A stretch of DNA of 64,000 bases, taken from Virgibacillus sp. Its GTDB lineage: Bacteria > Bacillota > Bacilli > Bacillales > Amphibacillaceae. Both the position numbers and the translations under genes were made by a program. The stretch covers positions 11,655-75,654 of the forward strand of contig DATGSG010000123.1 of assembly GCA_035302925.1 (NCBI GenBank), given 5' to 3'. Below the pieces are notes generated by a model. The model worked only from the letters and a program-made list of their open reading frames with translations, made no database searches and was not told the origin of the DNA. Every line of letters starts with the position of its first letter. Within the stretch, counting starts at the first letter, position 1. Positions 21,668 to 32,112 of this stretch are shown here, in pieces.

Positions 21668-22879
21668 ATGAAAGCTTGTGGTTTAATTGTCGAATACAAT
21701 CCACTCCATAATGGCCATTTATACCATATTGAAGAAGCCAAGTCAATCTCTCAGGCCGATTGCATGATTGCTGTCATGAGTGGTTCCTTTCTCCAAAGAG
21801 GAGAGCCAGCCATTATCGATAAGTTTCACCGCGCGGAAGCCGCGCTAGCATCAGGCATTGATATTATCATTGAATTGCCTTATCCGTATGCCGTACAAAG
21901 TAGTCGTCTATTTGCCAAAGGATCTGTTCATAGTTTATCTGAACTTGGCGTATCAAGCATCTGTTTTGGCAGTGAGTCTGGAGATATTTCCAATTTTACG
22001 TCAAGTTATTGTTTACTAAAAGAAAATGAAGCGATTTATACAGGTCTTCTCAAAGAGTATTTATCCGCAGGCCTTTCATTTCCTTTAGCAAGTATGAAAG
22101 CCCTTGAATTCATTGGGCTTACAACAGGACAAATGGATTTATCACAACCGAATAATATTTTAGGCTTTAGTTATGTCAAAACAATTTTAGATAACCATTT
22201 ACCAATCAAACCATTTACGATCAAAAGAACAAACAATGAATATCATGAACAAGAGATCTCAAGCTCGATCGCGAGTGCAACAAGTATTCGTCGAGAGCTT
22301 ATCCTTCAAAATCAAATCACAAAAAATATAACAGACACTCTTCCCCAACCAACAAGGAAGCTATTGAATGATTATAAACAAACCGCCAACCTTTGGCATA
22401 CATGGGAGGATTATTTCCCTCTTTTACATTATCGAGTGATGACGATAAGTGTACACGAGCTCTCACTCATTGAAGGTGTGGATGAGGGAATAGAAGGCCG
22501 CATCAAACAAACAGCAAAGCAGGCAACTTCATTTAAACAATGGATGGGTGAGATGAAGACGAAGCGATATACATGGACAAGACTCCAGCGCATGTTCATT
22601 CATATTTTAACAAACACAAAGAAAGCTGATATGAAGCAAGTCCTAAGTACAAATGAAGTTCCATATATTCGTATATTAGGATTAACAAACACAGGACAAG
22701 CCTATGTAAAAGAGCAAAAAAAGGAGATGGAAATACCGATTATTACCCAAATGAGTCGAGATTTACCCCCGATGTTAGAAATCGAGGAAAAGGCAAGCCA
22801 AGCCTATTATAGTATTCTCAGCCCTACTAAAAGAATACAGTTACAACGACAAGAAATTCAGCCACCTATTCTAAGATAA
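21668..22879 (+). CDS. tmcAL: tRNA(Met) cytidine acetate ligase (YlbM)
   Basis: EYNPLHNGHLYH, MSGSFLQRGEP, PNNILG, SATSIR. Confidence 0.9.
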   Translation: MKACGLIVEYNPLHNGHLYHIEEAKSISQADCMIAVMSGSFLQRGEPAIIDKFHRAEAALASGIDIIIELPYPYAVQSSRLFAKGSVHSLSELGVSSICFGSESGDISNFTSSYCLLKENEAIYTGLLKEYLSAGLSFPLASMKALEFIGLTTGQMDLSQPNNILGFSYVKTILDNHLPIKPFTIKRTNNEYHEQEISSSIASATSIRRELILQNQITKNITDTLPQPTRKLLNDYKQTANLWHTWEDYFPLLHYRVMTISVHELSLIEGVDEGIEGRIKQTAKQATSFKQWMGEMKTKRYTWTRLQRMFIHILTNTKKADMKQVLSTNEVPYIRILGLTNTGQAYVKEQKKEMEIPIITQMSRDLPPMLEIEEKASQAYYSILSPTKRIQLQRQEIQPPILR

Positions 22880-22919
22880 GAGATCTCATCCATTCCCACA
22901 TCCAAAAAACAGAGAACTA

Positions 22920-22984
22920 AATGAAATTCATAATTACCATAACAGCTATGTCTATAGCTATAAATTGGGATTATGAAATTCATT
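22920..22984 (+). repeat. Palindromic element, copy 2 (internally deleted, 65 bp)
   Basis: Perfect AATGAAATTCATAAT...ATTATGAAATTCATT ends; AGCTATGTC joined directly to TATAGCT. Confidence 0.88.
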
Positions 22985-23049
22985 AAACCACAAGAGCAGC
23001 TGGTCAGCTTTTATCCTTTTTAATTCTGTATTCACATACATCGTTACAG

Positions 23050-24078
23050 CTACTCCTCTTTAGGATCTAAATTCTCTAAGTAAGACAAAGCATCGTTAAA
23101 TGTGTCAACAGGAACAATAATCATATTTGTATCAATTTCCTCTGCAGCTGCCTTTGCCACATTGTAATTCGAATCTTCAGCACCTTGATTATGATGGGCA
23201 AAAAAGATATCGCCACCTTCTTGATCAGCAGCAACAACCTTCTTATCAATGCCACCAATCGAATGGACCGTACCATCATAGTCAATTTCTCCCGTTCCAA
23301 TCACTTGATAACCACGCGTTAAATCCTCTTCTGTTAACTGATCATAAATTTCTAAGGCAAACATAAGTCCAGCACTAGGCCCACCAATTTCGCCACTTGC
23401 GAAATGAACATCTGGGTCCACTTCTACGATCCGGTCCGTAACCAATTGGATTCCGATACCAATTTGACCATCCGCGTCTTGCAATGTTTCTAATTTGATA
23501 TCCGCATATAACTCCTTATCATCTCGTACAAACTCTATTTCCACTACATCATCACTGTTTTTATCAGAGATGTAGGTGATCAAGTCGTCTGCTTCTTTAA
23601 CTTGATTCTCGTCAATTCCGACAATCCGATCTCCCATCTCCAATTTCCCTTCTGCTGGCATCCCCTCAATAACCGATACAACATAAACACCATTAAATTC
23701 AATTGAAATACCTTTATCTGCCGCTTCATACGCAACAACGGTAGAGGATTCTTGGGAACTCTCCATCATTTGGAATTGTGCGTGCATATAGTCTTCATCT
23801 GAGATCCCCTCTGGACGCACATCTTCAAGTGGCATGACTTCATGAAAGGGGCGTATTTTTGCCCAAATAAGTTGAAGCGGAGTCGCTTGCATCCCACTAA
23901 CTGTTACCAAATGCATATCCCCTTCACTCGTGAATCCATTATCGACCTCAACAATTGGACTAAGCGAATCTGCACTGCCAGGACTATAAATATAATAAGG
24001 GAGTTTATAAAATCCGAGAAAAACTATAATCATAACCCCAATTATATATTGAATGATATGACGTCTTGAAACCCTCAT
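23050..24078 (-). CDS. ylbL: PDZ/Lon-like S16 serine protease YlbL
   Basis: PDZ region, GGPSAGLMF, IGGIDKKV. Confidence 0.9.
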   Translation of the reverse strand: MRVSRRHIIQYIIGVMIIVFLGFYKLPYYIYSPGSADSLSPIVEVDNGFTSEGDMHLVTVSGMQATPLQLIWAKIRPFHEVMPLEDVRPEGISDEDYMHAQFQMMESSQESSTVVAYEAADKGISIEFNGVYVVSVIEGMPAEGKLEMGDRIVGIDENQVKEADDLITYISDKNSDDVVEIEFVRDDKELYADIKLETLQDADGQIGIGIQLVTDRIVEVDPDVHFASGEIGGPSAGLMFALEIYDQLTEEDLTRGYQVIGTGEIDYDGTVHSIGGIDKKVVAADQEGGDIFFAHHNQGAEDSNYNVAKAAAEEIDTNMIIVPVDTFNDALSYLENLDPKEE

Positions 24079-24389
24079 ACTGTAGCTCCTTTCTTGTCTT
24101 GAAATACCCATGCATCTATTTGATTATAGTTGCATTCTGAAAAGTCTATGGCATAAACAGACACTGTATGTGCGTATATTCATATAGACAAGCATGATAA
24201 GGTGCACTTCCTTCATATTATCGTTTTTTTATGTAAGGTCCATCATCCATTAACGATTATTTATGGACGACACAACGCGGACAAATGACCATCATCCTAT
24301 TTTATCTAAAAAAAGGGAAACTAAAGTCATTCTACTACTACTTGAAATAGAAGTACAGAATGAGCTCATTCGTAGGGGGGCTAAGACGA

Positions 24390-25610
24390 TTGAACCAAAA
24401 ACTGAAAACCGTGTTATTAGCAACTATAACCATATCAATCACATATTTATTAATGAAGTTTCCTGATCAATCATTAGAAGCAAGTATTCGTGGGCTTAAT
24501 ATGTGGTGGGAAATTGTTTTCCCATCATTGTTACCGTTTTTTGTGACGGCCGAGCTGCTAATTGGTTTTGGTGTCGTCTCATTCATTGGGGTATTATTTG
24601 AACCGATCATGCGACCTTTATTCAATGTTCCTGGTGAAGGTAGTTTTGCATGGATCATGGGGATGGCTAGTGGGTACCCATCTGGTGCTAAAATATCTAC
24701 TCGGTTACGTGAGGAAGAACAAATTACGCAAATTGAAGCTGAGCGCCTCCTTTCATTCACAAATGCTTCGAGCCCTTTGTTTATCTTTGGTGCTATTTCT
24801 GTCGGTTTCTTTCACGATGCCAAACTTGGTATCCTTATTGCTGTTTCACATTATATTAGCAATGCCATTGTTGGAGTTTGCATGAGATTTTATGGAAGAA
24901 AACAAGAGGAGAAGCAAATAAGGCGTTCAAAACAACGATTTTCAATAAGACGTGCTTTTAAGGAAATGCATAACACCCGAATGAATGACCCACGTCCTTT
25001 TGGTGAAGTTTTTGGTGATGCTATTTTACACTCCATACAAACCTTAGTCATGGTTGGTGGTTTTATCATCCTATTCTCTGTCATTACAAAACTATTATTT
25101 CTAATTGGGGTGACCCCATTCATTGCCCAATTGATGCAGTATGGATTCAACCTACTTACAATACCAATTGATCTTGGACTGCCATTTGTCTCCGGGTTAT
25201 TTGAAATTACACTTGGCACACAGATGATCTCCCTTATTAGTACGGAAACCATTCTACCTAAAGTGATGCTTGTTAGCTTTATTCTAGGATTCAATGGATT
25301 CTCTGTTCAAGCTCAAGTCTCTAGTATTATCGCTAAGACAGATATTCGGTTCACTCCCTATTTTATTGCCCGAATTTTACATGGTACGTTTGCATGTTTG
25401 GTTACGCTCTTATTATTTAAACCTTTATACTTATCCAAACAGGCTCATCACAATATAGATCATATCCCAGTCGTTAATGGTGGTGAAGGTGATTATTGGC
25501 AGACCATTTATCAAGCACTACAAACCATTGGTCCCCCGCTAACGATTCTTTGTCTTGGAATATCGATTCTCCTCTTATACAAGAGGAGTCATAAACAAGA
25601 TGCCATATAG
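24390..25610 (+). CDS. ylbJ: Sporulation membrane protein YlbJ (SpoVV)
   Basis: FPSLLPFF, SGYPSGA, GLFEITLG; TTG start after AGGGGGG. Confidence 0.88.
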   Translation: MNQKLKTVLLATITISITYLLMKFPDQSLEASIRGLNMWWEIVFPSLLPFFVTAELLIGFGVVSFIGVLFEPIMRPLFNVPGEGSFAWIMGMASGYPSGAKISTRLREEEQITQIEAERLLSFTNASSPLFIFGAISVGFFHDAKLGILIAVSHYISNAIVGVCMRFYGRKQEEKQIRRSKQRFSIRRAFKEMHNTRMNDPRPFGEVFGDAILHSIQTLVMVGGFIILFSVITKLLFLIGVTPFIAQLMQYGFNLLTIPIDLGLPFVSGLFEITLGTQMISLISTETILPKVMLVSFILGFNGFSVQAQVSSIIAKTDIRFTPYFIARILHGTFACLVTLLLFKPLYLSKQAHHNIDHIPVVNGGEGDYWQTIYQALQTIGPPLTILCLGISILLLYKRSHKQDAI

Positions 25611-25637
25611 GATTAATCCTATATGGCATCTTGTTTT

Positions 25638-25639
<2 letters not shown>
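25593..25639. terminator. Bidirectional terminator ylbJ/coaD
   Basis: ~21-bp inverted repeat AAACAAGATGCCATATAGGAT/ATCCTATATGGCATCTTGTTT. Confidence 0.8.
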
Positions 25640-26132
<493 letters not shown>

Positions 26133-26159
26133 TCATGTTGATGATGAAGTCATTCAACA

Positions 26160-26717
26160 CTATTCATGTTTCCTTTGATAAATCGTTATTCCTGTTGATC
26201 CATAATTGGCTTGTTTCACGATAACAAGTTGTTGCGAAAACGATGGCAACTCATTTGATAGATCATGCTCACATAAGATGATACCGTCCTTGCTTAGTAG
26301 GTTATGTATGAGAATTTCTTTTACATGTTTTTCATAATCCATTTCTTCATAAGGTGGATCAATTAGAATTAAGTTAAACCGTTGATTATTCTTGGCTAAC
26401 ATACGTAAAGAACGGAATGCATCCATCCTAAAGACTTCAGTTTCCTCTTCAATTCTCATTGTTTTTCTATTCTCATTAATGATATGTATTGCTTTCGGTT
26501 GTTTATCGATAAACACAACCTGTTCCATTCCCCTACTCATGGCCTCAATTCCTAGTGAGCCACTACCTGCGAACAAATCTAGGCATGTTCCTCCATCAAA
26601 GAACGGACCGATGATTTGAAATATGGATTCCTTCACTTTGTCAGCGGTTGGCCGTGTTTGTTTACCAGGCACTGCTTTAAATTTCCTACCTTTCAATGAA
26701 CCAGCTATTACTCTCAT
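26160..26717 (-). CDS. rsmD: 16S rRNA m2G966 methyltransferase (YlbH)
   Basis: MRVIAG, TRPT, DLFAGSG, DPPY. Confidence 0.94.
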   Translation of the reverse strand: MRVIAGSLKGRKFKAVPGKQTRPTADKVKESIFQIIGPFFDGGTCLDLFAGSGSLGIEAMSRGMEQVVFIDKQPKAIHIINENRKTMRIEEETEVFRMDAFRSLRMLAKNNQRFNLILIDPPYEEMDYEKHVKEILIHNLLSKDGIILCEHDLSNELPSFSQQLVIVKQANYGSTGITIYQRKHE

Positions 26718-26864
26718 GATATCACCTCAAATTCACGCTATTCGCCATTCATCCTATCATAAAATGGCAAGGTAGTGAAAGATTTATGACACAGACATGA
26801 CAATAATAGCGCTACCCTTACAGGTGTCAGAAGATTCCAATGTTTAGCAGATTGTTTTGCTAGT

Positions 26865-26893
26865 GTATAATAATCGTAAACTTGATCATACTA
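26865..26893 (+). promoter_or_regulatory. SigG/SigF-type forespore promoter
   Basis: GTATA-N17-CATACTA. Confidence 0.75.
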
Positions 26894-26899
26894 TTATCG

Positions 26900-27052
26900 T
26901 GGGACAACAAAAACGCTTTGTTGAGTTGTTTCCTTAATTCGGAAGAGACTTACGCTTCCCCATAAGTTCTTCTTCCGGTTTCTCCTCTCCCTTTTCCTTT
27001 TTGTTTTCAAAAACAAAAGGACCTGCAGAATTATATTCTGCAGGTTTTTCTT
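26900..27052 (+). ncRNA. csfG: CsfG-like forespore sRNA (~150 nt)
   Basis: ylbG-ylbH intergenic position, SigG-type promoter, pyrimidine-rich CTTCCCC and TTCTCCTCTCCC tracts, terminator at 27021-27050; ends approximate. Confidence 0.72.
27021..27050. terminator. Terminator of csfG (possibly also ylbG)
   Basis: ACCTGCAGAA/TTCTGCAGGT stem + T-run. Confidence 0.8.
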
Positions 27053-27053
27053 T

Positions 27054-27332
27054 TTAAATCCCCATATTATAATTATACTTTTCTTCTTTATCCGGTTTAA
27101 CTTTTTCAAAATCAGTCCGTAGTTGTGGCTTATGTGATTGCATAACTTTTAATATAAAAGAGTGATTACGAAGTTTTTCTTCCACCACTTTTATTTCATC
27201 TTGATCAACATATAAGACAGCATATTTAAGTCTTCTCGATGTATATATTAAATGCCCATACCGTTTGATTTGTTTTATATTTCGTCGATGCTTAAACCAA
27301 ACAACCAAACCTTGTCGTTTTTTTCTCATCAT
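27054..27332 (-). CDS. ylbG: UPF0298 protein YlbG
   Basis: RQGLVVW, YGHLIYTSRRLKYAVLY. Confidence 0.85.
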   Translation of the reverse strand: MMRKKRQGLVVWFKHRRNIKQIKRYGHLIYTSRRLKYAVLYVDQDEIKVVEEKLRNHSFILKVMQSHKPQLRTDFEKVKPDKEEKYNYNMGI

Positions 27333-27374
27333 TTGTCACCACTTACTACTTATTTTTAGATGATTGCATTCTGA

Positions 27375-27827
27375 TTAAGATGCTTGGCAACTACAACCGC
27401 CGCCACTACCACATCCACCACCACTTGAACATCCGCCATCTGTTAATGCGGCCCCATCCTTTGGTGCTTTCACTTGTTCACTTACACTTTCCGCAATATA
27501 TTTACTTATATCGTCTAACAATCGTTGCAAATTCCTTTCAGCAACTTTAAACGCGGCAACCTTATCATTCATATCCATTTCACGTTTTGTCGAACGGAGA
27601 CTTTTCATGATTTCATTATAATCTGGATGATATCTTCCAAAACGTTGCACATCATCATAATGTATTTTTATATTCGTAAAAGCAGTAATTAATCGCTGGG
27701 ATTCCAAATCATTTGCCAATTCCTTACGAGAATGCTCATATGCTTTCATCACATCTGATTGGATGATCATTTCACCTAAGTGTTCAGACTTATCAAGTAC
27801 ATCTACATATTCCAATGTGGCTATCAT
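27375..27827 (-). CDS. ylbF: Regulatory protein YlbF (RicF)
   Basis: VQRFGRYHPDY and C-terminal GCGSGGGCSC. Confidence 0.92.
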   Translation of the reverse strand: MIATLEYVDVLDKSEHLGEMIIQSDVMKAYEHSRKELANDLESQRLITAFTNIKIHYDDVQRFGRYHPDYNEIMKSLRSTKREMDMNDKVAAFKVAERNLQRLLDDISKYIAESVSEQVKAPKDGAALTDGGCSSGGGCGSGGGCSCQAS

Positions 27828-27913
27828 ATTATACACCTCCACATGTATCTTATCATTTATTTCTCTTTCTGAAAATGATAAGGTTCAAAAACTGCCTGCT
27901 TTAAGATGCTTTA

Positions 27914-28132
27914 TTAATCTTTCATCATCTCGGCAAATTCCATGAGCATTCCAACCAGTTTAATATTCTCATCTAATTTACCTATGCGATGGGAAAATGT
28001 GCGACCAAAAAACTCCTTCGTTATTTCCGGTAATTCATCGACTCGCCTTGGATCACGTGATAAGTAACGGTACCAGACTGGATTATAGCGTATAAATAAA
28101 ACCTGGTCTGGCGGTAAATGTAAGTGATTCAT
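27914..28132 (-). CDS. ylbE: YlbE-like protein
   Basis: FIRYNPVWYRYLSRDP; synteny. Confidence 0.82.
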   Translation of the reverse strand: MNHLHLPPDQVLFIRYNPVWYRYLSRDPRRVDELPEITKEFFGRTFSHRIGKLDENIKLVGMLMEFAEMMKD

Positions 28133-28156
28133 CGTTCGTTCACCCCATCCTCATAT

Positions 28157-28528
28157 TTAATCATAAAACCAGTTAAACGGCTTCCTTTCTTGTGTTTTCT
28201 CTCCATGTCGCTCTGAATTTATAAGCAACTTTTGGATCGCCTGTATTGTTTCATCAAAGCGACCAATTTGTTCCTGCAATTTATTAACATTTATATTTTC
28301 GGCATATTTCATGAGTAGTGGTAATAATTCACTGTTCTGTTCTTTTGGTTTTGAGCGTGATGTTGTGAACTCTTGCCACATGGCATCATCTTCACCATTT
28401 ATCACCCATTTATCATAATACCCTTGCCACGACTTCCCACTTTTCCTAACTTCAATCATGATTTGTGGATGTTTATTTACAAACTCTTTAAACTCCCTCA
28501 CAGTAGGATGCAATTCTTCATTTTCCAA
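28157..28528 (-). CDS. ylbD: Spore coat protein YlbD
   Basis: LHPTVREFKEFVNKHP, PFNWFYD. Confidence 0.85.
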   Translation of the reverse strand: MENEELHPTVREFKEFVNKHPQIMIEVRKSGKSWQGYYDKWVINGEDDAMWQEFTTSRSKPKEQNSELLPLLMKYAENINVNKLQEQIGRFDETIQAIQKLLINSERHGEKTQERKPFNWFYD

Positions 28529-28630
28529 TTGAATCACCCCTTTGGAACTACTTTGTTTTCACGAGCGAATGACTTTAACTTTGGTCCTGCTATTTTATGC
28601 GAGGTTATCCTTCATTGTGCGAATGAACCA

Positions 28631-29722
28631 TTATGGAAAGCGTGAAAAGTTTTGGGTAAAATAAAGTCGATAGACACCTACACCCAAATGAGTAAACTGT
28701 TCATCTAATAACACGTTACGATGTCCTTCACTATTTAGCCACCCCTCCATTGCGTCTGGTGCATCCGGATATTGGGAAGCAATGTTTTCACCAGCAGCTT
28801 GGTACTCCACATCTTTTTCAGCAAGCCTTTCCTTTAATCCTCTTCCATCCAAACTTTCATGTGAGAAATAATCTTGATCCGCCATATCTTTACTATGCAT
28901 AAAAGCAACTTGCTGAATATCTTCCGCCCACTTTAATGATGGTTTATCAAATCGGTATCTCATTATATTTGTAATGTCAAATACTTGTTGTTCCATGCCT
29001 CGATCAACTTTTTCCCATTCTTGAGTAGATAATTCAGGTTCCGTCGGTAGCTCTCCACGATACTCGATCTCATAAGACAGTTGGCTAAGCAATGTATCGA
29101 CCGTTGCAATTCGAACCGATGATAATGTGTTCGTATACGTGTCAAAATAAAATTGAAGAAATAGATCATCTGCTAACTTTACTAATGGCCGTCTCATTAA
29201 ATCTTCTTCCGTAAGATGAAAGGTGTAAAATGAAGCTCCCTTTTCATAACGAACTTCATGTGCAAATGAATAGTGTTCTGCAACACTTGCATAAGACTGT
29301 CCTACCTCAAGTGTCTCTAAATATAAATCATCCCCCGCAACATAGATCGTTTGAATTTCATTATTTGCAATTCCAAACTGTATGTATTCAGAGGTATGGT
29401 TCGTATAGACCCACCACGTGTAACCATATGGGCTTAGATCCTTTCTAACAGCCTCTCCTAGCTCCTTTTCTAATGTAGCAGGGTCTTTGCCTATCCAACT
29501 AAATAAATCCTCCTGGATCGCTAGCTTTTCAACTTCCTTTTCAGGGAGATCATTCTCCTCTTCTTGAAAAATTTTTTTTAGTTCATTCATATCCATAAGT
29601 TCAAGTGTTTTATCTTTAACCCTGTCAATGAGTGTAGGCGGGATCATGGTTGTTTGTGTCACGATATAATAGCCCGTTCCAATCACGATTATGAATAGAA
29701 GCAACCGTTTCATAAAGCGCAT
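28631..29722 (-). CDS. ylbC: CAP-domain protein YlbC
   Basis: HSKDM, YFSH, GENIA, WLNSEGHR. Confidence 0.87.
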   Translation of the reverse strand: MRFMKRLLLFIIVIGTGYYIVTQTTMIPPTLIDRVKDKTLELMDMNELKKIFQEEENDLPEKEVEKLAIQEDLFSWIGKDPATLEKELGEAVRKDLSPYGYTWWVYTNHTSEYIQFGIANNEIQTIYVAGDDLYLETLEVGQSYASVAEHYSFAHEVRYEKGASFYTFHLTEEDLMRRPLVKLADDLFLQFYFDTYTNTLSSVRIATVDTLLSQLSYEIEYRGELPTEPELSTQEWEKVDRGMEQQVFDITNIMRYRFDKPSLKWAEDIQQVAFMHSKDMADQDYFSHESLDGRGLKERLAEKDVEYQAAGENIASQYPDAPDAMEGWLNSEGHRNVLLDEQFTHLGVGVYRLYFTQNFSRFP

Positions 29723-29911
29723 ACTATATTTTCTCCTTCATAATTTGACTTCTTTAGAATATTCCTGTTTCTTTATTTGAAAAGTGAATAATCGGGCACT
29801 TAATCGATTCAACCCATTATCGTTCATTGTATTTATTTTCTTTTCAATTGCAACTTAAGAGAATTCATACTATTATAAGAGAAGATAGTCTAATGATGTG
29901 AGGTGTATAAA

Positions 29912-30277
29912 ATGAGATTAGAGAATACAGGAATTGATGACATGCTTGTCGATGTCAAACCACTTAGTTACATTATGGGAAACCATGCGTTTATTAAAGG
30001 TGAACAGTGGGATTATGAGCGGATAACGTATGACTATAAGGTAGGTTCTGAAGAAAAAGGTGTCACCTATTATATTCGTATTCAAGGATATGCCGTTGAA
30101 GGTGATATCGATCGTGGGAATGCTGTTGTGAAGTTACTGACTCCCTTACTTGGGAAACATTATTATCCACACGGTATAGAATATGGTGAAGAGGAAAACT
30201 TCCCGAAAGGTCTTGTTGACCGTGCACATAAACTCGTTAAAAATGCTGCTGAAGAAGTGGCAAATCACAAAAAGTAA
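29912..30277 (+). CDS. ylbA: YugN-like protein (YlbA)
   Basis: QWDYERITYD, LGKHYYPHGIEYG; synteny. Confidence 0.75.
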   Translation: MRLENTGIDDMLVDVKPLSYIMGNHAFIKGEQWDYERITYDYKVGSEEKGVTYYIRIQGYAVEGDIDRGNAVVKLLTPLLGKHYYPHGIEYGEEENFPKGLVDRAHKLVKNAAEEVANHKK

Positions 30278-30327
30278 TTTATAGTTGATAAGCATCTGCT
30301 TACATATTTACAAACATATGATATGCG

Positions 30328-30362
30328 AAAAAGGCCAGCTACCATTGTGTGGCTGGTTTTTT
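30328..30362 (+). terminator. Terminator after ylbA
   Basis: GGCCAGCTAC/GTGGCTGGTT stem + T-run. Confidence 0.7.
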
Positions 30363-30407
30363 CGCACCCATAAGATATTGAGCTTAGAAAGGAGATACTA
30401 GAATACT

Positions 30408-31463
30408 TTGTTTGTAAAACTAACGAAACGACATTGGACACTCATTCTTTTATTACTACTTGCCGTTCTGCTTTATTTTATATTACCTATTTCGATTCCC
30501 TTGATCGCTGCTCTTATTACCGCCTTAATGCTAAATCCCCTTGTAAGACTTTTACAACGTAAATTCAATATAAACCGCAATATATCCGTTGGAATTGTAT
30601 TTCTATTATTTATTTTACTGATCGGATTTGGCGGAACCTTCATCGTGATCAAAGCCGTTGCGCAAGTGGTTACTTTTGCGGAGGATATTCCAGCCCACTT
30701 CAACCAGTTAAATAACATTTATTCACAATTGGAAGAGGACTTTAAAAATTATGCTCAGAATCTCCCCCCTGAATTTATTAAGCAAATCTCAGACAGTATT
30801 GAAGATAGCTTAAACTCATTGGGCATTCTTGCAAAAGAAAACATTACAATCGATAATATTGCACAAATTTTCGCAAAAATACCCCAATATTTAATTAGCT
30901 TCCTTGTTTATCTAATTGCTTTATTTTTATTTATGCTTGAATTACCATTATTAAGATCAAAAGCTTATCATTTCTTTACAGAGGAAACTGCTGAGAAAGT
31001 ATCCTTTATGAATGAAAGACTTTCAAATGTGCTATTTGGATTTATCAAAGCACAATTTCTCATAAGTATTATCATCTTATCCGTTTCATCCATTGCCTTA
31101 TTTCTCATAGCTCCTGAGGTGGCCATCTTAATGTCACTCATCATTTGGCTTATCGATCTTATTCCTATCATTGGATCCATTATTATCCTAGGGCCATGGG
31201 CCTTGTATATGTTCTTAATTGGGAATGTTGCCATGGGAATTAAGCTATCAATCCTAGCGATAATCTTACTCGCCATTCGAAGGATTCTTGAGCCTAAACT
31301 ATTAGGCCAGGAGATTGGACTTTCACCCTTAGTAACATTAATTGCGATGTTCCTCGGTTTAAAACTATTCGGTATATTAGGATTTATCCTTGGTCCCCTT
31401 ATTGTTATCGCCTTTACTTCTGCAAAAGAAGCAGGTGTTTTTAAATGGGAAATAAAAATTTAA
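30408..31463 (+). CDS. YtvI-like AI-2E family transporter
   Basis: Polytopic membrane protein; DLIPIIGS, RRILEPK, IGLSPL. Confidence 0.82.
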   Translation: MFVKLTKRHWTLILLLLLAVLLYFILPISIPLIAALITALMLNPLVRLLQRKFNINRNISVGIVFLLFILLIGFGGTFIVIKAVAQVVTFAEDIPAHFNQLNNIYSQLEEDFKNYAQNLPPEFIKQISDSIEDSLNSLGILAKENITIDNIAQIFAKIPQYLISFLVYLIALFLFMLELPLLRSKAYHFFTEETAEKVSFMNERLSNVLFGFIKAQFLISIIILSVSSIALFLIAPEVAILMSLIIWLIDLIPIIGSIIILGPWALYMFLIGNVAMGIKLSILAIILLAIRRILEPKLLGQEIGLSPLVTLIAMFLGLKLFGILGFILGPLIVIAFTSAKEAGVFKWEIKI

Positions 31464-31471
31464 CCCCATTC

Positions 31472-31523
31472 AAAAAACTCTCTATATAATCATATAATAT
31501 GATTATATAGAGAGTTTATTTTT
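31472..31523. terminator. Bidirectional terminator
   Basis: ~20-bp inverted repeat AAACTCTCTATATAATCATA between convergent genes. Confidence 0.75.
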
Positions 31524-31543
31524 ACTCGATTTAAGTGGACTAC

Positions 31544-31999
31544 TTAAAATCCAAATATTGCTCTAAGCATCCCAGTAGTCTCTCCACCACTATAAAAGAC
31601 ATAAAGGAATAGATAAACCAATACACCAGTAGTTGCGGTTATAAACCACATCACACTTACAATTGGTCCTAGTTTTCGGTGTCTTTCAATCTTACGTTTT
31701 AATCCCAACCGTAGTGTGATTACACCGAATACAGCACTCGTTGTAGCCAAAACAATATGAAACACAAGAAATATCGTATAGTATATTTTAACATCTTCCG
31801 GACCACCAAAACTGGTATTACCGACGATAATCGTTCTTGAAACATACGTTATTAGAAATAATAATGCAAAAATTGCCGCTGAAATCATAGACCGTTTATG
31901 ATATTTAACTTTTCCTTGAATAATAAACCTCCAACCAAATGCAACTAAGATTGCACTGATCACAATAAATAAAGTACTAATCGTTGGTACTAATGGCAT
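31544..31999 (-). CDS. DUF420 membrane protein (CtaM/YozB-like)
   Basis: 4 TMs, FLVFHIVLA, HRKLG; downstream of ctaG. Confidence 0.8.
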   Translation of the reverse strand: MPLVPTISTLFIVISAILVAFGWRFIIQGKVKYHKRSMISAAIFALLFLITYVSRTIIVGNTSFGGPEDVKIYYTIFLVFHIVLATTSAVFGVITLRLGLKRKIERHRKLGPIVSVMWFITATTGVLVYLFLYVFYSGGETTGMLRAIFGF

Positions 32000-32112
32000 A
32001 AGTAAATAGTTCCTTTCTGGTTAATCTGATTCCTAAACTGCAACATTTACCATCAGCGCTCATGCAGATGCAATAACGCTAATGGCATATCAATCTTGAC
32101 AGTCTTTGTTAT

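Noticed and set aside
26894-27109. 71-aa Lys-rich ORF
   Set aside because: Antisense shadow of the pyrimidine-rich CsfG-like RNA and its terminator.
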